Assembly (NCBI GenBank): GCA_051362555.1
Contig: CM120645.1
Coordinates: 5,270,001 to 5,334,000, forward strand
Source: Lingula anatina
Lineage: Eukaryota > Animalia > Brachiopoda
Direction of reading: 5' to 3'
DNA: 64,000 nt
Positions 23,167 to 37,388 of this stretch are shown here, piece after piece (within the stretch, counting starts at the first letter, position 1; every line of letters begins with the position of its first letter). The translations under genes were made by a program, and so were the position numbers. The notes below the pieces were generated by a model that saw only the letters and a list, made by a program, of their open reading frames with translations, was not told the DNA's origin and made no database searches.

Positions 23167-26100
23167 TAAGAAACCTACGCATGGGTGTTAATGTGATGCC
23201 AGGCACGTTAGCTATGGAACGAAACTGGGTTGTTGAATTTATGTTTTATTGAAACGTGTTTGGAGTCAATAATTGATTATCTGACAGAATTCTCAACTTT
23301 TGCCATTGATTTCTGTGCCCACGAGCGTCAGGCACTCACTGACACTGGTGACGTGTACGAGGGTGCCCAGATCATTTCGAACTTCTGACAATCAGCTGGC
23401 TCTCTCGTTAAGGTACAGTACCATGGGTTTTAAAGGGTCATCCAGGGAGGGCTGGGTGGATGTTTATTTCTTCTTTTCTTTCTTTCTTTTTTTTTTTTTT
23501 CAAAAGTAACTGGTGCATTCAACCCACATTCTCTAAATGGAGAACAAATAATGAGGCATACAGAAGCACGTTTCGAAAAAGTATGTACCTTGAAAGTCCG
23601 TAAATTGGAACCTTTTTTTTTCGGTTGGCAAGAGAACCTGAATTAACCACGAAGAATGATTACCCCCTGTTGGTGATAAGTACCTTAAGACCTAAATCTG
23701 AGTGTTATCTATATGTTTAACCCCCCTACCTCAACCTGTTCATGTTATGAGTGTGTGATTTTTCTTTTACCTAAATCTTTTCATGTTATATAGCTGAGAT
23801 TAGTACCCTACCTCAACCTACACGTGTGTGATCTGTGTGATAAGGACTATACCTGAACATTTACTTTCCATGCACTAGTTTGCATCCCCAACCCATTCCT
23901 TGTTTTACTAAGTAGCTATTTTATCATTATTATAAAATTATATGGTTATGCTTTAATTCAATAGCATGTTTTGTACAGAAAAAAATAATAAAAGAGTTTT
24001 CAACCAATCTCGTTGGCCGTTTTATTGACCTTTTCACGCTTACTGGTTTGTAAATGCATTCTTAATGAAGTTATTTGTTAATTCGAAAGGTAAAAAACCT
24101 ACAAGGGATACGGGATGCGAGCTGGCTCATTTAAATTGTACAATCTGTGTAAATTATTGTTTGTCGTGACACCTGTTGGCAATAATGTCCGTTGTTGAAA
24201 CAAATTATATTCACTGAATCGTGTTGTTATTAACCTTGTGATCAATTGGTAGATCCTTTTCAATTTTTTTGGGTACAAACCTGTGGTTTTGCGAAATTCA
24301 GATATTGCTTTTCCAAATTTGTCCATTCTTCAACCTTAACATTCCAAATGTTTTTGAAAATAAGCAAAACCTTATTCCTAACAATGGCGAACTTGAAACG
24401 AAAAATGTGTTCCTTTGAGTAGCAATTTTTTTTATGAATTTTGGTTATCATTTACTGCTACTTTGCATTTTAGATAAATTCTGGCGATAAAACATGAGGT
24501 TTATCTACCGTTAAAGAGCAAATTATAATCGTTTATTTTTTATTTTATTTTTCTTGTACTGGACAAAGGAATATGTAACGGAATGTCAACAAAACTTTTG
24601 TCGGCTGTACTTCCGAACTAATCGTAATGTCCAATAAAAATCATTTTTGAGTTTGAAGAACACTATAGTGATTTTCCATATCTTTTAGAGAGTTGTCGAA
24701 ACCTAAAGTTAATTTGGAACCGATGTCCTCTCTGAATCTCAGTAAGTGTCCTATCAAGTACTGGTAGACGACACTTTAAACCATCCAATACGCCATTTAC
24801 TTAGAATAATAGACCTGAAACGACTGCCCATAACTTCTCCGATGTTAGCCAATTGATCATGGATGTAAGCTTTTTTATATACTTTGTCTCGTTTTAGTAC
24901 CATTAAAATTTTTCATTGCTTTGGATTCTAAAGGCCTACAGACCAAGTAGATCCAAACATTACTAGAATTGGGTAAGTTTTAATCTGAAAAGGGTTATAC
25001 GTTTCTTGTTATAATACTGGCGCAATATTTCATTGAATTGGACTATTACTGAATAAACTTAACTCTACCTTTGGTCTCAATGTTTTAACCAATTTTTGCT
25101 TTTAAATAATTTCGTGAAACGGGTCGCCAATTATTACATAACTCCGTAAAATAACAGGCTGTATGCGCAGTAAGGAGTCTACAGAGAATATCATTCACAA
25201 GAGCTTATGGTATAGATATTGCTCTACTGCCCACGGCAGCTTTTAAGTGAAATCCATCAAAACCCATAAAGTCGATTTTTCACATGGTTGTGTTACATTA
25301 TGGAAATCAGAGGAAGCTCTGGAGACGGGCAGCGATACCGAACCAAAGAGCCGCATTCTCATTCTACCACGTCATGTCTTAGTATTCATTTGAATTCATT
25401 TTATTGTTTCAAAGAATATATATCTTATTATGTCACTCAGAGCGGGCAGAAATCAAAAGCAATCTTGTCAAAAGGATAAACATGCCGTCTTAGTGTCATG
25501 ACAACTAATATAATCATTTCGACTATTTCAGAGAAGATGGTTTATTGATTTCAAGGGGTGAAAAGTTCAAAAGTGGCATGTAGTAATATTATTACTCATT
25601 ATACATAATTACAACACGAAGTACCTTTAAACACGCGAATACTGAAATAGAGTGGAGAACGTTTCCCTTAGAGTAGTAACATTTTTTTCTGTATTTATTT
25701 CAGAGAAGATATGCAATTTTATAGCACTAAATACATCCACTGTGTATGTGTACATGCCGGTGTATGGTTGACTTATGTTTCAGCAATCAATTTTGTTTAA
25801 TTTAAGGAACCTCGTGTATATATTTACATTGTACACAAGAAGATATGCAAAAGTCACAAAGTGGAAGAAAAGTGCCGTTTTTATTTTACAACTGTATAAT
25901 ATTTACAACAATCCTAGACAGAAATGAAATGGGCATAAATATATGTATGACTCTAGTAGGTAACTTTGTAAGCCAGTCTACAATAGAAAATAAAACTATT
26001 CTACGAAATTCGATGTTATTCCTGTGTTGATAGTGGGTGGTGGTGCATTCTGAAATTCATTTTGCTGACGGAAAAGCACAAATTTCATAGACACTTTTAT

Positions 26101-26436
26101 TGATTTTTCGGCTCCTCTTGATTTAAAAAGCACTTTTGTACCGAGTACTTCAATGATACGCACCAGGCTCTTTTTCTGTTTTGTTACTCTATCAAGCTTT
26201 GATCCTGTAAAACGTATAATACCTCATGCAAACTATAATCCCTAGTCATATCGACTTTATAACTGGGGAAAACTGAGGTTTGTATCCTTGTATTGCGTTC
26301 TTGCCTTAACGCCTACACGCTTTGAACCGATCAATAACGAGTATTCAGATCACTTCCTTAACGAATCTATCTGAAACGCGCATCGTTATTTGATTAACAA
26401 GATTGTATTAATTAGGCAATTTCAGTTGTTAATCAC

Positions 26437-26449
26437 CCCTCCCCCCCCC

Positions 26450-26497
<48 letters not shown>
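26437..26497. repeat. Poly-C tract
   Basis: About 60 nt of nearly pure C upstream of the sGC gene. Confidence 0.9.
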
Positions 26498-27628
26498 ATC
26501 CCGATGAGCATGAGCCGTGAATCAACATCATTTATTTAATTCTTTTGTCAGGACACGAAGAAGACTGGCAAAATCGATCGAAAATTTGACAAAAAATTAA
26601 AAATATTAGTATTATTTGTCATTAAATTATAAGTTTTTTTTCTTTAGAGAATGTTTTATTGAAATGCTTAGAGAGTATAAAGAGCAGCGAGCCTTGCTAA
26701 GGGTCACTAATTTTAATCCCGATTGTTGCGTGCAGAACTAATAGTGGAGTGGAGAGAAGACAACTCGTGACTTGTGACTGAGATGAGCTGAGGCCCACTC
26801 GTGGATTTTCTTCAGTATTGGATTCAAGCCAAATTGTTTGTTTACTTATTTATTGCAAACGGATAAGTCAATTTTGATTAATTTTGTATTTATCTATCGT
26901 ACTTACTGGTGTTATAGATTCATCATATTGCATTGTATAACATTTACTTACGTTATCATTTACTAACGTCGTTATTTATGTCACGGTTTTTATTACCTGG
27001 AAACATCTGGATTTCCCTGAATGGCCTCATTCCCTGATGAAGATGCTCCAGGAGACATCGTCATATTGAAGGTATTACTATTATCAGCTGTGAATATTAA
27101 CTTTTGATTGAAGAACAATTACTTCCAAGTAATTCTTAAAATTCTTATTACATAACGCAGCTGATGAAATTCTAATTTTTTTCTTAGTTTTCACCATCCA
27201 CACATGCCTGTACGATACGGAGATTGAGTCCCGCGTTCGCAACAATTACCTTGTAGGTTATATTTAATGTATGTAATTAGGCAATTACTATTTATATATA
27301 GGCTACGTGCGTAAATATTGTTCTAATAACGACAAAGATGTTTGATATAATTATTGAATATTGCCTCCTGAGGGACTCCTGTCTGACAGCAAAGTAAATT
27401 ACTAATTGAATTGGATTGGTTTGTTGTTGTTGTTGCTCGCCGCGTTGCTCCACAAGGCATTGATACAGTGCGTCGAGCTGTCATAGGATCAGATACACCC
27501 AAGGCCGATCCATCCTTAGTTACACTTTGCTTACACGAGAGGAATGTGCACGTTACTTGGGATATAACAGGGGGAAGTAGCAGACATACTGGATTGAATA
27601 ACACCTGGTAGTTGACGGATAATCTAGA

Positions 27629-30600
27629 ATGGTACGTGTAATATTTTGTTTTGTTGAACACGACAGTTGCTCATGGGATTGTGATTTAAGTTATGAAGAG
27701 GTTACATGACAGAGAATCATGAACACGCAAAGGTGTGAAGAGCAGCATTATACACAATCACGTGCGCAAAATAAAAAATCACAACCGTCGAACAATAAGT
27801 ACTAGTACATGTAGGTACCTGTATGGAGTAGTATCAGGCACAATTTTATCGCAATAACTTTGGTTTTATTTCACTCAATTTCCCATAAAAGAGTCCCATA
27901 AAAAAAGGGCCAATTTAGAACAAAACAGAAGTAAACTTAACATACTCAGTGTTTCATTTTTTTTTTTCAAAATGCAGCTCTCTCTCTCTTCTTTTTCTTT
28001 TAAGTATGGGCAGATTCACGTTTGTGTCCGCTCTTTGGTGATTAAGAAATTCGGCGAAGAAGTGTGGGAAACTATACTGTGAGTATCGCACATTTGTAAA
28101 TGTACACTGCTCACTTAGTACAGCGAAATACAACATCAAACAGCTCAATGAATATGTTTTGTGCAAAAATTATTCAAACGACACAACAATGACCACTTGC
28201 TCGACATATATACATTAATGAAGCCGTGCGAGCCACTTCCTAAATGAAATTTCAGACAGACATTATCGTCTTTCATCCACTAATTTGCGTTATCTTGAAG
28301 TATGGAATCCGGTGGATCTCACGTTTTTTTTTTTTTTTTTTTTTTGTGCAAAAACGCATAAATGGTGAAAAACCTTGCCATGGTTTGTGCTTTCAATTTA
28401 TCAAGTTTCAGTTTCGCTAAAAAAAACAGGTTAGTCAATTCTGTGAACAGATATCATTAATTTTCTTTGATGAGTTGAAGCAAGTATCAAAAAAGTGTAT
28501 TTGAAATAATGAATTATATACATTTACTAGCAAAAAGAGGGGAATTAACTGAGACAATAAATGTTGCGGTTTCAGCCTAGTCCTTCATCAAAAGGCGTCC
28601 AGATGCCCTCTACAGTGCAGCCAACTGTACTGTATTTTTTCATTTTTTAATGAAAAATCAATCTCAGCTGGCTGATATCATACAAATGATTGGTAATGCG
28701 TTTTCCAAGTTATTTTAGGCAAAGTGAATAGTTCGCCACACATAATAATCAACCATCGTTTCTGTATCTGTTTAATTTGTAATAGGCACTGGAAGGTGCC
28801 GCTTCTATGACGCTGGGTATTTATTTTTCAATTAAACTATCAGTTTCAATGAAATAATATGTAGGCGCACGAAAATGGAATATCTCACATAAAGTAGATC
28901 ATTGGTCTATTTATTGATTCCCAAAACGCTGTTAAGTACATGTTTTTAATGCCTTGAACACTTTTTCACTTACATTATCACTCTCAGTGAAATAGTCACA
29001 CGGAAATGGAATGCCTCACACGGAGAAGAATTCAATCAAAACATGTACAATGTAGCTTTGCATTTATGGATTTGTGTCATATAGAAAAAATGCCCAACGG
29101 CATCGAGCAAGAATCAAGAACAAAGGCAGTGTATGTTGTGAGATACATTTTGGCCGGAGGACTAAATTATTAGGTCGTCGATCTTAATGCAGTCAATTAG
29201 TGAATCGATTCACACTCCTGTAGCCGGTGTCTTGACAGAAAATTTTGTTAGATCGCAAACTAGATGACCTGGCAAGATGCCCAGTAATTACTGAAAAAAA
29301 GCCATAAAGCGCACCATAATTTCCACTTTATCTGGTGCTAGAGGAGAGCAGGTGTGTGTGTGTGTGAGTGTGTGTGTGTGAGTGTGTGTGTGTGTGTGCG
29401 CGGAGGATGGGTGGATAGGTGGGTGGAGGTGGGGCTTGAGTCCCCTTTTCTCGACACTCTATTTTGATAATTGTTACACATACAGAATCGGTTGTGACCG
29501 TCCAGAATTATTACATCATAAACATGGTTGTTTAATCAATTTCCCAGCTTTTTGAACTGTTTCGGATGCAATGCTGCTAGTAAAACACAAAAACCGTATA
29601 CAACATTCTCGGGTAATTCATCTTCGAATGATGCTTAAATGTAAAAACTTGTGTCTGGCTTGAAATGCTTCGACGTCCAAACTTAAGTGCAGCTCGCGTA
29701 AAAGACATAATGGAATCAATTGAATCACTTCAATTCAACTACTTTGAGATCTTTGTTATTTGTTTTCGTAGGCGGAGTAACATGTCAAAACGTCTCTGTT
29801 TTGATGTATTACGCTTTTGACAAAAGATAGAACAAATTCAAGTCTAAGCTTAGTTGAAATTGTGTCCGTTTTTTGAGTATGCTGTATTGATCATACAAAG
29901 TGGAAATCCTTTCAAATAGTCATGATTTATTTAGCTCACTGGATCAAACGTGGAATAACACTTTTTTGCTTGACAGTAGAGAAACTTTTTCTCTTGCTCA
30001 GTTATAGTTGTATAGACAGATTTTTTCAAAAACAATAATAATAGATAAAATTGAAAATAATAATAATGATAATTCATATATAATGGCTTGGAATATTTTG
30101 CAATTTGTTAACCTGCGTCTCAGCAGTTTTTAGACAACTTCGTGGCTAATGATTCTTTTGCGACGAGCTGAAATATATCTTCTAAGCAAAACGAACGTGG
30201 CATAGTTATAGGGCAATTCGCTAAGAAAGTCTTCACATTATTCCGTATGGCCAATATTCAATAATCTCCCACTTAACGCCATTTTTATAAGCATTTCGGC
30301 ACTTCGGCCAAATAGAAAAGAATAATTAAGTAAAAACCGCAAAGTACACAAGTATCGTGAGAAAATGTAATCAATTCCAATCCATTATCTAGTCGATAAC
30401 ACAAAAATGGACATTTTTTATCAGAACACTCTTTTAAGGATTCTTAAGACTGGTTGTCAGGAAATATCTGGTATAATACGTCTTCTTATTGATTATCAGC
30501 TTTGATGTTGATCGTGGGTTCGATCAGGGCACAAAAGGTCATGACACCTTGTATCTTTAGTAAATAATTGTAAAAATGTTTAAAAAGATGAGTAGTTACA

Positions 30601-33600
30601 ATGGTTCAAAGTTGCGTTATTTGGACTGATTCTGATTGAAACGGATTAAGTGGCGCGCACGACCATCTGAACCCTGTTATACTTCAGAAAAAAACCTCAA
30701 TTCTGTATACCACCGAAGTGAATGATGATCGATGTTCGTGGAATGTCTCTTTACTTATTCAGAGAAAAGGCGCAGTGTGACGACACGACAGACTTCATGG
30801 TGTTCCACCGTTACACAGACCAGAAAACCATTGGGCTGGTGGTTGCCGTATCCCAAGTTCTAGGTAATTACGTATTACGTCTTAAAACGTCCTTTACAAT
30901 GTCAGCTGCAAGCCTGAGCTTACCATCATAATACAAATACAACGCATTTCCAAACACGTGCGAAAATAAAAGCACCATGTGACACTCATTTTTTAGATTA
31001 AATCCCACACACACACACGCACGCACACACGCACGCACGCACGCACACACACACACACACACCGTTTAACTATGCTTGGAGCTATAAGTATATAGATGTA
31101 TCTTTCGAGGTCACAACGATAAAATAAAGCGTGTTTTATCCAAGTAGGCCTACGTATAAGTCACGTTTATGTATTCATGTACATTGATCAACTATAATTC
31201 AACATATTTGATACACCACAATACAACTTGTCTTTTAGATGTTCCATTAGAAGCTGTGCTGGAGCTTTTTGGCGAATATTTCTTCGAGTATTGCTTGGAC
31301 AACGGTTACGACAAAATGCTGCGAACGCTGGGAGAAGACCTCCCCAGTTTTATACAGAACCTAGACTCGCTGCATTCCCTATTAGCCATGTCTTACAAGA
31401 ACATAGAGGCGCCATCTTTCAGGTTTCGATTTTTTTGTTAGACGTTACGTTAAGCTTATCGTTAAACTTCTCTCGTGCACACCGTTATTGCTTTCATTAA
31501 CACTAGTTTATTAATCACGCGTTTCCCTATTATACGTGACGCTAGATATTACACTGTTACACAGATGGGTTGGTTTCAATAAGAGCCTTAGCATTTATAA
31601 GACACGCTTCATTTGGACATAAACGCCATGACACCCTCACGAGAGCAAGACATTTGAATACTCTTTTTAGCCAATACTTGTTTCTAGCCTGTATTTGTAT
31701 TTACATTTATCTTGTATACTTTTGGCATTACAGATGCGAAGCAAATTCAGGAGAGGACACTCTGATTCTTCACTATTATTCCCGTCGCAAGGGTCTCTAT
31801 CCTATCGTAATAGGTGAAACTATGCTAATTTTCATTATTTGAAGTATTTGCATTATCTTAAAGACAAATTCTCTCTCTCTCTCTCTCTCTCTCTCTTCTA
31901 AAGGGAACTTAGTAAACTGTTCCACACGTTTTTTTCTTGAAAGTTATGTATAAAATTACTTGGTCAGTTCTAGTATCTTATCAAATAATATATATATTTA
32001 TTGCCTTACAACCCAACCCATACACCCAATTATTTAAGCACACTTGAATAACCTTGACTTTAATTTCAGGTTTAGTACGAGCTGTTGGTAAACATCTCTT
32101 TAACTCTGATTGCACCCTCGAAGTCATAAGTAAAACGGACGACAATCCCATGGAAGAAAACAGCCAGGACCATGTGGTCTTCAGGGTGAAAGTAACGGAC
32201 CAAGCGGAGAAAGAAGACGAATCAAAATGCCGAGAATTGGCTCTTACTCAGAAAGAAAAATCACTCAGAAGTTTTGTTCCAAAATTCCCAAGACGCATAC
32301 ACATAGATCCGTCCAGTTTCTGTAAAGCCTTGCCTTACCACGTGGTTTTTGATGGCACCATGACCATATTACAGAGTGGAGTTCAAATGCAGAAAATTTG
32401 TCCAGATTTGATGAAACCAGGTGGTAAATTGCACGACTATTTTGAACTCGTGCATCCACGGATGCCCCTGACTTCTGAAAATATCATACGTTTTATAAAC
32501 GCAAATTTTATTTTACAAATAAAGGAAAGTATGTGCGGTGAGGTGACAAATGGAAAAGCGGTCGTTCCCTTGAGAAGTAAGGCTTTTCCTATTAAAGGTG
32601 AGTCGTATTACTTGATTTTAGGCCATACTTGATTTTAGAGTTTAGTTACTTATTTTTGGTAATGGTACATGTATGTCGACCTTGCTAGTATCGCGATCTG
32701 CTTGGAGTAATCGCCACGCGGCAATTTTATCAGAACGAATTGTTATTGGGTTTTGAAATTGGTAAAAAAATTGAAGTTTTTCGCCGTGCAAAAATGCACG
32801 ATATGCGCTTTTCCTCTTTGAATCTATTAGGGAAATAAGCATACATATCAAAGAATACCAAACAAAAGTGTATCAAAAACTCGTGCACAATTTACACAAT
32901 TATGTTGAAACTACAAATCCCAATTAAAAGGTCACGTGATTTCAGGTCAGATGATCCTCCTAGACCAGAGCGTTGGTCACATAATGTTCATCTGCTCTCC
33001 AAGGCTGACCAGCTTGACCGAGCTGATGGAACGCAACATCTTTTTATCGGACATCCCCCTGTATGACGTCACCAGGGAGTTGATACTGCTTAACCAACAG
33101 AGGATTGCCGAGATAGAAATTAGGTAAAGATGGGGGTGACCTTGAGGGGTAACTAGTCCACAAGTCACAATGGCTGCTGGTGTAGTTCGCGATTGACATT
33201 CGATCAAGTTTGCCTATATATTGAAGATATTACTACTAAATGTATCAATAATTTCAATACTACTAACTCAGTTGCCATATTATGAATAAACCCAGTGCAA
33301 TGCCTCTAAGATTTGTCATGTGAATCAAAATCATTTTCACAAATGTACAATTTCCTTTCATTTTTTCCTTGGCATTAAGGTTTAATTTATTTACATGCAT
33401 GTACAGTCTACACTGAACTGTGTATGGCAGAGGTGACAGAAGATAACCTCACGTACAGTAAAATGTAACTGCTTTATTTAATTTGGCACGCGTGCTCGTT
33501 TAAATGAAACCAAAATTACCAATAATTGAACCATGCCATATTGCAGTAAAAAACTTGACGAAACAACGGCAGAGTTAAAGCGCACGGCCACGGCTTTAAA

Positions 33601-36600
33601 CAGAGAGAAACAGAAGACAGACTCCTTGTTATACCAAATGTTGCCAAGGAAGGTAGCTGATCAACTTAGGGAAGGTAGAACCGTCGAGGCCGGTATGTCT
33701 CCATGTAAGATTTGTTGAGTTCGGTGTGACAGGAATGGTAGTCTTAGGGTGTATTCCCAGAGATTTAGATCGATCCAGAGATTAAGATTAAGATTAAGAT
33801 CGACCTAACTCCCTGGGGGTTCACGCTAAATTGCAGTCAGCCGAGCGCGCACCATGGTTAATTACCCCCTTACAGCTTTCAGTAGGCGGGACAGACGCTT
33901 AAGCCGGCTAAGCTGACAGTAATCTAGTGAGACTCCCCACAGGGATAGATCGATCTAAAATCTATGGAAATGGGGTCTTAGGAATGGAAGTCCGGGGCCC
34001 CATATGATTAGTACAGGTTAGGCTCAGTCGGTACCTTGGGGTTAGTGTATGGTATTAATGTCAACTGTACAAAATAATGGGGGAAGGACTACGGCTCCTA
34101 GCGGACTACCATTCCCGTCACACCTGCACATCTTACTGTAAGAGATGAATTGTGCATAGGTCCTTGTGGCTCTTAAAGTCATTAGTCTCTTCAGACCTGT
34201 TACTTTTAGACTAGACCGGAACTTTTTTGTTCTAAACATACAGACCCTAAATTTGGTCTACATTATTTCAAGACAAATGGTTTGCTTAAATAAAGTAAGT
34301 ATTAGCACTAGATATTTGCCACATCTTTCTTGTCGCTTGTTCAGTAATATGAATTGCCTTCTTAATGGATATTTAATTGGCAACCACACAAGATAAATGA
34401 AAGGTTATTTAGTTGTTTTTTCTCATATCAATTCAGAAAAGTTCAGCGAAGTCACAATCCTGTTTAGTGATATCGTCACTTTCACAAACATTGCTGCTGC
34501 GTGTGCACCCATCAGTATAGTGGAAATGTTGAATGAGCTGTACTCGCGGTTTGATGCGTTGACCAGCAAACACGGCGTGTACAAGGTCAGTTGTCAAACG
34601 ACCAACACTATTAGGAAATCAATTTGCAAGTTTATCAGTGCTGGTCTCATTTTCTGAATACCCACAGAAGTATATTTTTAAAAATTGGTAGCAATCATTG
34701 CAATTATTATTCTTAATGTTCAGAACAATTTTAGAGCTTAAGATATTTTAGGAAACCCACCCCTGGGGATTACTATTAACAAAAAATGTTTATTTGCTTT
34801 ACTTTGATGGTAGGTGGAAACGATTGGTGACGCGTACATGGTGGTGGCCGGAGTGCCGGACTCTGTTCCTGACCATGCTGAGAGGATAGCCAACATGGCT
34901 CTAGATATGGTGGAGGCTGCTGGGGAGGTGATCAGCCCGGCCACTGGACGACCATTGCAGGTAGGAAAGGCTCTTGTGGGCGGGGAAAAGAGAGAGGGAG
35001 AGAGAGAGAGACGTGCCATGCGCCCTTCTTTATGTGGCGAATATGCCAGTTGTTTTCAGAAGTATCCCTGAAATTGATGCTTTGTATCAATATTACTAGT
35101 GACAGTCTTACTATTTTACTAATTTTACAAGGACATTTTCGTGCAAGTATTTTTCCGTTTTCTTCATCTGTGGAATTAGCGTTGGAGCATCCGATAATTG
35201 ACCCGATATATAGCTTGGGCAAATAAAAAAGACTTATTGTTCGTGTGTACAGTATGCTATTGTATGTTATAAATACACAGTGCACTACATAAAAATCATT
35301 AAATGGTGACGGCTCCGGTCCGTCTTTCCTCTAAAATGGACATAAAGGTCAACTCTGAGCCCAGAAAGTCATGACGACTGCTTTATGCGACTAAATTTGA
35401 GTGTCCAACACTCCAGTAACACTTAGGGCTCAGTCCCATTGAAACTGTCGGTCTACACGGATCGATCCAACTCCGAGGGATCCTCGCTGAAAGCAAAAGA
35501 TTTACTCGCCTACTCCTGGCGTTGGGTAGAATGCAGAAAAGCTGGTGATTATACGAATACGTTGGAAACAAGAGAAGGCGTAGACAAACAGTTTCAATGG
35601 GAATGGGTTCTAAGTTTGAGGTCAAGTCTACATATATGGTTATGAGAGAAGGGGTGGCAGGGTATGCCGTAGCGCATATGATGGAATACAATTTTGTGTA
35701 CAGTCCTGAGAAGAGTCCTTTTTTGCTTAGAAACAAACCCTTTTATGCTAAAAATGCACACTTTTCGTCCAAAGTAACAAGAATCCTTTTTTTTTCAAAC
35801 AACGGCTGAATGCAGAGTAATTTTCACTGCAACACTTCAGTGTCCACAATTGAGACACCTCCATATATTTCATTTTTCGAATTCACATAATTGGTTGATA
35901 TTTTATATTAATTACATATTGTCACGAAATAATGATCCTGTCACACATTTTGTTTTAGATTCGCGTGGGCATGCATTTGGGTGGGGTAGTGGCAGGCGTG
36001 GTTGGGAAGAAGATGCCAAGGTACTGTCTGTTTGGAGACACGGTCAACACGGCATCACGGATGGAGAGCCACGGGGTCCCCGGGAAAATACACGTCAGCC
36101 CTTCTGCTAGAGAGTAAATATTGTCTTTGAATATTAAGGATATGATAAGATTATGGTTAAACATAAGTTGTTTTTAAAGAGGCGTCATCATAGAAGGCTG
36201 TTCACATGGCTGGAATTTCGTTGTCATCGTTGGAGTCACTTTGATGAAGGTCCAAACGTCAGGCCTCGGGTTAAAAAAAACACGACCAGTCTCTTTAAAA
36301 ACGATTTACTTGTGTACCATCACTATACTAGAGGTTATAATCAAACTATATCATCAAAGATAAAATTGACTTTTTCATTCAAATTCCCTTAACGTAATAA
36401 CTATTATTATGCCAATTAAGCATCAGGTGAAAAAACTGACATGACCTTCAAATTAGGCCTACTACCACAAAAATATCTCCAAACTGAGAATGGATTGCAT
36501 TTGCTATATAAAAAAATTGACATTTAATCCAGATACAGTGACTCGAGATTTATTGGGTCAATTTTGCGTGTTTTTTTACGTATGATGCCAGGCGAGATAA

Positions 36601-36901
36601 TATTTTACATTACGTTTTCAGAAACCTTGACAACAAACCGTACATTTTCGAAGAACGCGGTCTCATAGAAATAAAAGGCAAGGGCGAAATGGTTACGTTT
36701 TTCCTCATTGGTCGAAATGGCGAGGTCCGCCTGGAGTTGATGAAGGATAACAACACGACGGTTCGGGGAGGAACGCTGGACACTAATTTGGCAGAACCGA
36801 ATGCCTCATTGAAATGGGTGGACTCACATCGCATGTCCAGTGACCAAAATGATCGGACAGGTTCGCGTCAAAACGAGAGCACTACGTGCATGATTATCTG
36901 A
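27629..36901 (+). CDS. Soluble guanylate cyclase, beta-2-like (H-NOX, PAS/HNOBA, coiled coil, cyclase) with C-terminal CaaX; 674 aa, 12 coding exons
   Basis: Exons 27629-27631 (ATG|gtacgt, inferred), 28005-28078, 30763-30863, 31239-31422, 31734-31813, 32070-32597, 32946-33123, 33547-33692, 34437-34585, 34814-34960, 35959-36113, 36622-36901 (2025 nt). [22 protein letters not shown] start; heme His in NLDSLH; YxSxR (HYYSRR); [11 protein letters not shown]; [12 protein letters not shown]; [19 protein letters not shown]; IKGKG; ends CMII-stop. Confidence 0.94.
33722..34126. mobile_element. MITE family B (TIR CGGTGTGACAGGAATGGTAGTC), interrupted by a nested insertion; sGC intron 8
   Basis: Left TIR at 33722, right end GACTACCATTCCCGTCACACCTG at 34126. 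After removing 33747-33980 it is collinear with the copy at 41423-41594. Confidence 0.85.
33747..33977. mobile_element. PIF/Harbinger (Tourist-like) MITE with TTA target-site duplication, nested in MITE B
   Basis: TTA|GGGTGTATTCCCAGAGATTTAGATCGATC ... GATCGATCTAAAATCTATGGAAATGGGGTC|TTA. Confidence 0.8.
35426..35610. mobile_element. Harbinger/Tourist-like MITE in sGC intron 10
   Basis: TTA|GGGCTCAGTCCCATTGAAACTGTCGGTCTAC ... GTAGACAAACAGTTTCAATGGGAATGGGTTC|TAA; 15-bp perfect inverted core TCCCATTGAAACTGT. Confidence 0.8.
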
Positions 36902-37388
36902 CAACATTTTCTGTTGTTGTCTTTGAATTTTTATATTGTCGTGACGGGTGCAGAAACGTTACTCAATAATTGCTCAAGAAATCTCAGACTTGGGCTAAAG
37001 ATGGCATATCGGAACACTTTAAAAACTCGAGGATTCTGTTTTGTTTTTGAAGTCCTAATAATTACAGTGGATCACTTATGGTAATACAGAAAGTAGCAGT
37101 CACCAAACTAAAATATTTTATGGATCTACATGAATAAAACTCTTTTTAGTGTTTATGAATTATTAGAAAACTTTTTGCACATATACTACACAGATCACAC
37201 AGTGGGTGTGTTTTCAAATTTGCAAACTTGTAATTGTACTATATATTTTGAAATAAAAATGTATTTTCAGAAGACCTGTAAATCTAAATCCGACGAAAGA
37301 GCATTGCTTTTTTACATCATGTTTCCCCAAACGTAGTCATCATTACGAATTAAACAACGAATATCCAAGAATATCTCATATTACATGT

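Noticed and set aside
25260-26310. Possible TIR element bounded by ATAAAGTCGAT / ATCGACTTTAT
   Set aside because: Only an 11-bp inverted match with no definable ends or TSD.
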